NCBI GenBank assembly: GCA_963422735.1
Contig: OY730476.1
Coordinates: forward strand, 1,568,001-1,632,000
DNA: 64,000 nucleotides
Origin: Candidatus Latescibacterota bacterium
GTDB taxonomy: Bacteria; Latescibacterota; UBA2968; UBA8231
Direction of reading: 5' to 3'
In this document: piece by piece, positions 28,816 to 36,708 of the stretch
How the letters are laid out: every line of letters starts with the position of its first letter
How positions within the stretch are numbered: the stretch's first letter is position 1
Notes under the pieces: model-generated
Seen by the model: only the letters and a program-made list of their open reading frames with translations
What the model was told of the DNA's origin: nothing
Database searches by the model: none
Position numbers and translations under genes: made by a program

Positions 28816-31800
28816 ATGTCCGACGAAAAGACACAGCCTACGGAAAACCACCAAGATACCCAGTGGACTCGTTTTCTTGAGGAATTGCGCCAGTGGCCTT
28901 GCGACGCTCCTCAATGGGAAGGAGTCCAAAGATTTATCGACCAAGTCCAACTCGTGGCAGAGCAGAAGGGTCGAGAACGGGAAGAGGCCGGACGATTCCA
29001 ACTCCAGCAGGTCTTGGAGAAATTGCAAGAGAACTACGAGGTAATTCTCGTCGATTACTTTCAATGCTCAAACCTATCCAAATGGGAAGCGGCTAGCTGC
29101 CCTATGGACCAAGTTGCCGAGCGGACGGAGGCTGTCAAAGATCTGCTAGCGCAACTGGACCGACGTCAAACGCTCGACCAAGAGGTTCCACAAAATCACT
29201 TGGAAGGCCGCAAGAAACGGACGGAATTGGGTGAAGTAGAGCTTCGGATCAGCAAGTTGGTGGAACGACTCGGCCAAGATTTTCCTACGGATCTCTTGGA
29301 GCCGCCTTTGGACGACGCTGCCGAAGAGAATGATCAGCTATCCCCGGAGCCACCAAGTTCCGAAAGAGACTCTTCTGGTGCTCCCACTGACCAAAAAGCT
29401 GAAGAAGACGCCAGCTCATTCAAAAAAGCTCTGCAAAAGGAAGCCATTCTTGAAGAAAAACCCCAAACGCCGCCTCTCCCTCAACCAGAAGACCGCGAGC
29501 CAGCCCCTGTCCAAGCTACCCCACCTGATGAGAAGCCCCTGTCTTTGCGCTCGGCTCAAGAGGTGGCGGTCCTGTTGCAAGCAGAAGACTCGGATGAACA
29601 CTGGGAATCGTTGGGATGGAGCTTACTGGCTGAAGATGACTTGGCCGGAGCCTACTGGCTGGCTCGTTCTCTGAAAGCAGCGGGCCGCGATGTGCCGGTT
29701 GCCCCGGAATTGCTTGCCGCGCTGCAAGAGGCGCACTGGTTGGAGAATGATACCGACAGTTTGGTCTCCGATATCCGGCAGATTGCTTCGGAGTATGCTC
29801 CCCAAAGTACTACTTCCGAGCGGTTGGTAGGGTTGGCTGCGGCTTTGCGTCCCAGCTTGGTTGCCCCGCACACTGGCTTGGTCGGCTGGCTCCCGCAAAA
29901 AGATGAAGTCAATCCCGGACTGGGTACGCTAGCCGAGGCTGTTCGCACTTTTGCGTCAGCAGGTCATCCCTTGCGGGCTGAAGATCAACAGGGAGCAGAA
30001 GGCAGGGCAACTCACGAGAAGGACATTAAAGAGACCGTTGAGCAGGCCCGTCGCTTCTTGGCCACTAATCAGGTTAGCAAGCTGAAGTTCAAACGGGCAA
30101 CCGATGTGTTGCATCGGTTGGTGTCCCCGGAAGGGGATTTAACCCTCTTGCTCACTCCGGTCATTAAAAATAAGGCCGACCAAGTAGCGCAAGTCCGGCA
30201 GCGCATAATCGATTTCGGGGAGCGCAAGCAGATTGAACGTTGCCTCCATCAGATTGATCAAGACTTGGCCGGGGCCAAAAAACGCAAAATCACAGGAGAT
30301 CCCATCAATCAGTTGGTGCGGAGTGTCGAAGAAGCTGTCGGTCTGGCCAATAGCTGGTGTTCCCTAATTACGCGGGAACGGGTCGCCCGAGACAAGGGCG
30401 ACTGGTGGGCCGGTCATGTGGAGAAACTGCGCCGCCGAGTACAGGAGGTCCTCCCCGATGTCAATGTCGAACTCAAGCGAATGCAAGACCAACTGCAAGA
30501 AGAAGCCGCGTTGGGCCATGTTCTACGGTGGGCCATAGGCCAAGTAACAGGTATGCTCGGCCTGGAGGAGCAAGCCGATATTGAGGGACCTGAAGAAAGG
30601 ATGAAGAGCGGGAGCAATTCACTGGGCATAGCTTTATCCCACCGCTTGTTGTATGTCCCCGAAATTTTCCTCGACGAAGATGGCCATCCTACAAAGGATC
30701 AGGAGGGCGATATTGCCAAGTATTTGCGTCAGTCCCTAGCTGAAAAACGCGCACTCCCCATGGCTTGGGAGATGCGGATTGAAGGACAGGATTTTCGTTT
30801 CACTGATGTATTGATGAATGCGTTGGAAGACTATGAGGATCGCCAACGGCTTGAAGATCGAAACGACGAGGAGCTCAAAAGTGCTCAAGCAGGGCTAAAG
30901 GACGACGTCAACCGTGTGGAAGGTGCTATCGAAAAGGGACTAGTGGACGGCCTGATCTCAGAAAAAGAACGCGCCGCTCTCAGTGCTAAACTGCCGAGAG
31001 TTGAAGAGGCTTTGTACTTCCCACCTTTGTTCCGGCGATTAGATGATATCGGAGAGCAATTGGAGCAAAAGCTCGAAGAACGGCTACGAGAGTTGGAAGT
31101 TCAATGGAAGGAAATGAGGCAAGGCTTAGCGCAGAGTATCCAAGCCGACCTAACAACCGCGGCGACATCTATTCAAAGAGCTTTTACGCAGCGCGATACT
31201 AGGGTTATAGAAGAAAGTCTGGCCCACTTGCGCGAAATTCGCGCCGGTGAACGCGAATGGCAGGATGAGTGGTTTGCCCGACCCGACAAGCTCGACATCT
31301 TCAAGAAGTTCCAAGAGGCTTGTCCTCGCATTGAAGAAGCACTTAGCAGTTTGGGTAGTGTTGCGCGACTAGCCGAAGTGATTGAGCAAGGCCAAACTTG
31401 GGCAGACATGGAGTTTGGCGAATTGCCCCAAGAATGCCAGGAAGAGGCCGCCAAAGTGCTGCGTTCTTGGCACCAGCTAAAACGCCTTGATGGACAACAG
31501 AGTAAAAACCAAAGATATATCCAAGTTCTTTTAGAGTACTTGGGTTTCCGCCCGTCGGAAGGAAAATCGGCCGTGAGCGTACGCGTGAAAAAGCGCGATC
31601 AAGATTGGCTCTACTGCCAAGTGGATGCTTTGGCCAGCGACCTAGTGCGGCCCATCCCGCAGTTGGGCTCGCAAGCCAGCGGCTGCTACAATGTGGTGTG
31701 TTTTTGGAAACGCCCTAGGGCTGCCTCCATTGGAGCGTTTTTGCGCGAATTGGGACTGGATAATCAGACGGTGGTTGTTTTTTCTTTCCAGCGATTGTCT

Positions 31801-34050
31801 GAACGATCGCGGCGCGACATTGCCGCCCGAGCCAGAGAAAAGCAATTAGCTCTGGTAGTGCTAGATGAAATTTTGCTGGTATTTTTGGCGGGGCTTGACG
31901 ATGCTCGCCTTCCAATCTTCCTACGTTGTAGTCTGCCCTACGCTGCCCTCAATCCCTATACGCCGTTCCAAGCGGGAAATGTACCACCTGAAATATACTA
32001 CGGCCGCGATGAGATGATCCGCCAGCTAAACGAGGCGTCTTGCATCGTGTTCGGCGGGCGACAGCTGGGCAAATCCTCCCTGTTGCGCCAAGTGGAGCGC
32101 GAGTTCCACCAACCCACACGCAAGCAATACGCTTGGGTTGAGGACATCAAGCTAGTGGGAGATATACTTACAGGCGAGCAGCCGGCTCGGCTGTGGATCA
32201 AATTGCGCGATGGCTTTAAGAATAACTCTCTAATAAGAGCAACAGAGGCAAACCAGCCTGAAAGGATCATCCAATACATCAAGAAAGCGATGGAGGAGTC
32301 GCCCCAGCTGCGAGTTTTGGTTCTGTTTGACGAAGCCGATCACTTTCTCTCCGCCGATGCCAAGAACGGTTTCCAAGTGGTCGAGGGCTTGCGGAACTTG
32401 ATGTCGAATACCCAAGGGCGCTTCAGAGTAGTCTTTGCTGGCCTGCACGATGTCCAGCGTTTTAACAATATCGCCAATCAGCCTCTGGCCCATTTCGGTC
32501 AGAGCTTATTGATAGGACCTCTAGAGGCTGAGCCAGCCCAGCAGTTAGTGCAAGAGCCGCTAGATATATTGGGCTACCGGTTCGCCGATGAGACCACCGT
32601 GCTCAAAGTTTTGTCCTACACCAATTACCACCCGGGTTTGATACAGTACTTCTGTCACGAACTCGTCAACCGGCTCCAGGAAAAAAAGTATTCGTCGGGA
32701 CCGCCCTATGAAGTGCTCGCAGACGATGTAGAGGCAGTATATCGCACCCCTAGAGCACGGCAGATCATTCGGGAACGGCTTGACTGGACCTTGGCCCTAG
32801 ATCATCGCTACCAGTGCATCGCTTGGACTATGATCTATGCCCAGAAAGAGACGCGCGATAGCTATGTCCGTTCATTCAGCGCAGCCGAACTTCTCGAACT
32901 AGCGCATGAGGAGTGGTCGCAGGGTTTCGAGAAATGCGATAGCCAAGTTTTTAGGGTATTGCTCGAAGAAATGGTTGGCTTGGGTATATTGGTGCGCAAT
33001 TTGGAAAACCAATATCTGCTACGCAGTCCCAATCTGGTTCGCCTCATGGGTACCGTAGAGGATATAGAGTACCGTTTGCTAGAACTGGCTGAAAAATCTC
33101 CACCGTCTCAACTTCGTCCCGAAAGTCAGCATGTGTTGCTAGAGGCCCAAAACCGCCTGTATAGTCCCTTGACGTTGACGCAGCAAAGCGATTTGCAAGA
33201 AAGTGGGGAGTCGGGCGTAGCTTTAGTTTTTTGCTCTCCAGCATTGGGGCTGAATGTGTTGGACCAAGCCTTAAACCGCATAGGCGGAAGCGAGATTCCC
33301 GCCCAAGAATTGACCCGAGTCGAACGAACCTGTGCGTGGTTGCAAGACTATGCTGCCCGGAAACGACCCGGGGCCGACCAGTCCTTGGTGTATGGCCAAC
33401 TCAAGGGCACAGGAGGCAATATGGCCCAATGCGTCTGGCGCGTATGGCAAATGTGCGAAATTTTTAAGCAGGGGCGAAGACGGCCGCTAAAAGTGGTTTT
33501 TGCTTTCAATCCAGCGGCCACTCGGTCTTGGCTGAAGGTAGATGCAGACCAGCGCACAGATCGGGAAAATCGGGCGGAGCTCATGTATCTGCGCCGTTGG
33601 GACGAAGTAGGCATTCAGCAGGCGTTGAGCCAAGCCGAGAAAATGGATTCGCCCGAGGTCTGTCAAAAGGTACTGGAAGCTACGGGGGGATGGCCTTTCT
33701 TGCTGGACGCTCTTTTGCGCCGGTGTGGCGACGATACCAACCCTCGACCTTATGCAGATACCTTGATCGAGGAGACGGGGTCTGAGTTGCTACGTCAGGT
33801 TGGATTGGATTATCAGGAGTCTCTGGTTTTGCGGAAGCTCGCCGAGCTTGGCACAGTCCAAGATACGGATGAAGATTTAGAGACCTTGAGAAGTTTTATA
33901 AATGAAGACACTCTCGAAGATGACGCTCCTCTTACGATAGATGCCTGTAGGCTGACTGTGGAGTTTTTGCACCGAATGCAATGCCTTAAAAAGAATAACG
34001 AGGAGTACCGCGTTGAGTCCGTCTTGGGTCAAGTAGTTAGCCTTCTATGA
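28816..34050 (+). CDS. 1744-aa STAND-like P-loop NTPase with long helical N-terminus and a second, degenerate STAND-like module
   Basis: NPYTPF...YYGRD, Walker A GGRQLGKS (~32053-32076), Walker B VLVLFDEAD, TNYHPGLIQ, winged-helix-like LLEEMVGLGIL, and a later ATGGWPFLL. Confidence 0.85.
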   Translation: MSDEKTQPTENHQDTQWTRFLEELRQWPCDAPQWEGVQRFIDQVQLVAEQKGREREEAGRFQLQQVLEKLQENYEVILVDYFQCSNLSKWEAASCPMDQVAERTEAVKDLLAQLDRRQTLDQEVPQNHLEGRKKRTELGEVELRISKLVERLGQDFPTDLLEPPLDDAAEENDQLSPEPPSSERDSSGAPTDQKAEEDASSFKKALQKEAILEEKPQTPPLPQPEDREPAPVQATPPDEKPLSLRSAQEVAVLLQAEDSDEHWESLGWSLLAEDDLAGAYWLARSLKAAGRDVPVAPELLAALQEAHWLENDTDSLVSDIRQIASEYAPQSTTSERLVGLAAALRPSLVAPHTGLVGWLPQKDEVNPGLGTLAEAVRTFASAGHPLRAEDQQGAEGRATHEKDIKETVEQARRFLATNQVSKLKFKRATDVLHRLVSPEGDLTLLLTPVIKNKADQVAQVRQRIIDFGERKQIERCLHQIDQDLAGAKKRKITGDPINQLVRSVEEAVGLANSWCSLITRERVARDKGDWWAGHVEKLRRRVQEVLPDVNVELKRMQDQLQEEAALGHVLRWAIGQVTGMLGLEEQADIEGPEERMKSGSNSLGIALSHRLLYVPEIFLDEDGHPTKDQEGDIAKYLRQSLAEKRALPMAWEMRIEGQDFRFTDVLMNALEDYEDRQRLEDRNDEELKSAQAGLKDDVNRVEGAIEKGLVDGLISEKERAALSAKLPRVEEALYFPPLFRRLDDIGEQLEQKLEERLRELEVQWKEMRQGLAQSIQADLTTAATSIQRAFTQRDTRVIEESLAHLREIRAGEREWQDEWFARPDKLDIFKKFQEACPRIEEALSSLGSVARLAEVIEQGQTWADMEFGELPQECQEEAAKVLRSWHQLKRLDGQQSKNQRYIQVLLEYLGFRPSEGKSAVSVRVKKRDQDWLYCQVDALASDLVRPIPQLGSQASGCYNVVCFWKRPRAASIGAFLRELGLDNQTVVVFSFQRLSERSRRDIAARAREKQLALVVLDEILLVFLAGLDDARLPIFLRCSLPYAALNPYTPFQAGNVPPEIYYGRDEMIRQLNEASCIVFGGRQLGKSSLLRQVEREFHQPTRKQYAWVEDIKLVGDILTGEQPARLWIKLRDGFKNNSLIRATEANQPERIIQYIKKAMEESPQLRVLVLFDEADHFLSADAKNGFQVVEGLRNLMSNTQGRFRVVFAGLHDVQRFNNIANQPLAHFGQSLLIGPLEAEPAQQLVQEPLDILGYRFADETTVLKVLSYTNYHPGLIQYFCHELVNRLQEKKYSSGPPYEVLADDVEAVYRTPRARQIIRERLDWTLALDHRYQCIAWTMIYAQKETRDSYVRSFSAAELLELAHEEWSQGFEKCDSQVFRVLLEEMVGLGILVRNLENQYLLRSPNLVRLMGTVEDIEYRLLELAEKSPPSQLRPESQHVLLEAQNRLYSPLTLTQQSDLQESGESGVALVFCSPALGLNVLDQALNRIGGSEIPAQELTRVERTCAWLQDYAARKRPGADQSLVYGQLKGTGGNMAQCVWRVWQMCEIFKQGRRRPLKVVFAFNPAATRSWLKVDADQRTDRENRAELMYLRRWDEVGIQQALSQAEKMDSPEVCQKVLEATGGWPFLLDALLRRCGDDTNPRPYADTLIEETGSELLRQVGLDYQESLVLRKLAELGTVQDTDEDLETLRSFINEDTLEDDAPLTIDACRLTVEFLHRMQCLKKNNEEYRVESVLGQVVSLL

Positions 34051-35333
34051 GCTTGGGACTGACTAATTCCCTCGTGCAGATGCCCACGGCCCGGCAACTG
34101 CTCAACCTCATGCTGCGCGACCTGAGGAGCGGCCGCAGTGTGTTGGGCTTGCTACCCGAAGGAGTTGATTCCAGTCTGCTGCGGTCGGCTTTGTGGGATG
34201 GTCTGGAGCACTTGCATCTGCATATTGAAGAGATTGCTATATCCGATTTAGACGCCCAAATACCAATAGCGGCTTTAGGTCAAGCTATGGGAGTAGATTG
34301 GGGTGCTCCTACTACAGCGCGCACGGTAGGCAATCTCTTAAAACAAGCAGACTGGCTCGAAATTTTGTTCCTCGAGGGCTTTAACGAATTAACTGAAGAA
34401 AGCCGAGTACAGTGGCTGCAACTTATGGAGAGGTGGGCACGAGAATGCCAAGGTGGGGACTATGCTGACGCGAGCCCCCCGGCACTATGTCTGCTGGCTG
34501 AAGCATCGAAAATACCTTACTCACTTCCCGCAGCGAATGTATTGCTGTCCATCCATGTCTGGAGGGGCATCCCCACTACTGCGGAAATGCGGTTGTTGTG
34601 CCAATTGGCCGGTGAGCAGGATACTACTCCTTTAAGCTGCTGGAAAGAGCACACGATTCCATCCCTTGCGGGTTCTGATTTGGAATTGGTCGATTATTTG
34701 TGGGCAGAAGAGTATTGCGATGGAAGAGAATTGGCGGGTGTACTACAGATTTTTGCTGAGAGGCGCGGCTGGAATCAGGATGAGTTAGAGGCTTGGTCGG
34801 CTCATAGACTGCCCCAAGATGCGACTACTTGGCTAGATGACTGGCCGTTGTCTCCTCGTTTATACAGGGCTTGGGCCCGGGGGATAGTGCATTGGACCCC
34901 GGAGCACGGTCTGGAACGCCACAGCGCGGTCTTGGCCATGCTGGATCAACAAGAAGCCTTGGATCATCGATTGTGGCGTGGTCAGGCAGAATTTCTCTTG
35001 GCCCAAATTGACCAAATACGATTGGGTTTGTGTGCTCACCTCAACGAAACCTATGGACCAGCTTGGCCTTATAAGTGGCAAAAACCGGAGACCGATATAG
35101 AATGTCAGGAGGTAAGAGAAACGCCCTTTGCCTGTCAGTGGGGGCACCTGAAATTTTTGCTGCAAAACTGCTCGGAACTGCATAGAGAACGACGGTGGTC
35201 TTCCTTAGTGCAATACTCGTGGCACATTCGCACGAAACTAGCGCACTATCGCCCTATATCCCTCCAAGAATACGAAAAATTCTACCGGGAACGAATGCTT
35301 AGTCATCGGAACGGTCCATTGACCGCTTGGTGA
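34047..35333 (+). CDS. 428-aa protein with degenerate P-loop-like N-terminus and C-terminal HEPN-like domain
   Basis: ATGA overlap with the NTPase gene. C-terminal ...LNETYG..W...WGHLKFLL...IRTKLAHYRPIS contains R-x4-H. Confidence 0.7.
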   Translation: MSLGLTNSLVQMPTARQLLNLMLRDLRSGRSVLGLLPEGVDSSLLRSALWDGLEHLHLHIEEIAISDLDAQIPIAALGQAMGVDWGAPTTARTVGNLLKQADWLEILFLEGFNELTEESRVQWLQLMERWARECQGGDYADASPPALCLLAEASKIPYSLPAANVLLSIHVWRGIPTTAEMRLLCQLAGEQDTTPLSCWKEHTIPSLAGSDLELVDYLWAEEYCDGRELAGVLQIFAERRGWNQDELEAWSAHRLPQDATTWLDDWPLSPRLYRAWARGIVHWTPEHGLERHSAVLAMLDQQEALDHRLWRGQAEFLLAQIDQIRLGLCAHLNETYGPAWPYKWQKPETDIECQEVRETPFACQWGHLKFLLQNCSELHRERRWSSLVQYSWHIRTKLAHYRPISLQEYEKFYRERMLSHRNGPLTAW

Positions 35334-35335
35334 TA

Positions 35336-35357
35336 CATCGGCCTGCATCTGAATTGA
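35336..35357 (+). repeat. 22-bp direct repeat, right copy
   Basis: CATCGGCCTGCATCTGAATTGA, 2 nt before the permease ATG at 35360. Confidence 0.9.
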
Positions 35358-35359
35358 CT

Positions 35360-36319
35360 ATGGAACGCCTACGCAGACTCATGCGGCACAACGACTCCGG
35401 AATCGCCTTGTCGGCGGGGTTGTTGTTTATGGGATGTGCGCTCAGCTCGGAGAGCTTTCTATCGGCGTACAACCTCTTCAATATCTCCCGGATCGTTGCG
35501 TTTTCCGCGTTGGTGGCGCTGGCGCAGGCGGTAGTGCTGGTCGCCGGGGGGATGAACCTATCCGTGGGGGCCATCGGCGGCTTGGCGACCATCGCCACTG
35601 GGTACTGCATCGAGGTGTTGGGTCTGCCGGGGTGGTTAGCGGCGTTGGTGGCACTGGGGATCGGAGGCGTGGCCGGGTGGGTCAACGGGGTCATCATCAC
35701 GCGGTTGCAGATCAATTCCTTTATCGCCACGCTGGCTACGCTCTTTGTCTTTACGGGGTTGGTACATGGGTTTTCCGAAGGCTACGCCTATACGGACATC
35801 CCTCGGGAATTCACGTTTTTAGGGCGACAGAAGTTTTTGGGGCTGTCGAATTTGTTCTGGACGATGGGGCTGGTGCTGCTGGCGACGCACTACGCATTTC
35901 GGCACACGGTTTTCGGGCGGCGGCTGTTGGCGACCGGGGGGAATCAGGAGGCGGCTAGGCTAGCGGGGATCCATACCGACCGGATGATTTTGCTGTCGCA
36001 CGTGCTGTCGGGTGGAGTGGGTGCGCTGGCCGCGGTGTTGTGGGTCTCGCGGATGGGCTCGGCGCAACCGGCGACTGGTAAGGACTGGCTGATTACCAGC
36101 TTTGCGGTAGCCATTGTTGGGGGGACTGGGCTGGCGGGTGGGCGCATCTCGGCACTGGGCCTGCTATTAGGGGCAGTCATCATCGTTCTCATCAAGAACG
36201 GCTTGGTGATGCTGGAGGCCAACGTCTATTACGAGCAGGCGTTTTTGGGGTCGATCATCCTGTTGGCCGTGGTGGTGAGCCGGGTGCGGGAGCTGTATGG
36301 CGGGCGAGGCGGAGGTTAG
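35360..36319 (+). CDS. Sugar ABC transporter permease (RbsC-like)
   Basis: GGMNLSVG, FIATLA, TVFGRRLLATGGNQEAARLAGI, AIVGGTGLAGG. Confidence 0.93.
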   Translation: MERLRRLMRHNDSGIALSAGLLFMGCALSSESFLSAYNLFNISRIVAFSALVALAQAVVLVAGGMNLSVGAIGGLATIATGYCIEVLGLPGWLAALVALGIGGVAGWVNGVIITRLQINSFIATLATLFVFTGLVHGFSEGYAYTDIPREFTFLGRQKFLGLSNLFWTMGLVLLATHYAFRHTVFGRRLLATGGNQEAARLAGIHTDRMILLSHVLSGGVGALAAVLWVSRMGSAQPATGKDWLITSFAVAIVGGTGLAGGRISALGLLLGAVIIVLIKNGLVMLEANVYYEQAFLGSIILLAVVVSRVRELYGGRGGG

Positions 36320-36403
36320 CGAGCCGATCCAATCGGTCGCGAAGGCAGAGACGTTCATTAGGCCAGATAGTGGCTAGGGAAGCTAAGGCTGTCGCTCTAT
36401 CTC

Positions 36404-36440
36404 TTGACTAGTAGAGAATGATCTCACATGATGAGATCAT
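36404..36440 (+). promoter_or_regulatory. Sigma70-like promoter with overlapping palindromic operator
   Basis: TTGACT-N17-CATGAT. Inverted repeat ATGATCTCA-catga-TGAGATCAT (36418-36440) covers the -10. Confidence 0.7.
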
Positions 36441-36492
36441 ATTGCCCGCACATATTAGTTGTATCTCAAGGAGGTACGCCTTGGCGGATGTT

Positions 36493-36695
36493 CTGAAGAG
36501 CATGACCCTGCGTGGGCTGGATCCCCAGCTTGCCGCCAAGTTGAGGAAAGTGGCCGAACAGGAAGGCAAGAGCGTGAACCTAGCGGCACCAGAAGCCCTC
36601 CGCAAGCAGTTCGGATTGGACAAACTCCGTCGGTTCACGAAGATCACCTGTTCGGACGCTGGGACGAGGATGAGTTCACTCAGATTCAAAAGTAG
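36493..36695 (+). pseudogene. Ribbon-helix-helix (FitA-like) antitoxin remnant, toxin gene absent
   Basis: (L)KSMTLRGLDPQLAAKLRKVAEQEGKSVN...LRKQFGL, then in another frame DHLFGRWDEDEF. The apparent start codon reads CTG. Confidence 0.65.
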
Positions 36696-36708
36696 CCCAA
36701 TAATTACT

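Larger units (their letters stand above)
28683..35335. mobile_element. Inserted accessory cassette (no integrase or transposase) inside the sugar ABC operon
   Basis: Separates the ATPase and permease genes, is bracketed by the 22-bp direct repeat, and has visibly more A/T-ending codons than its flanks. Confidence 0.75.
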
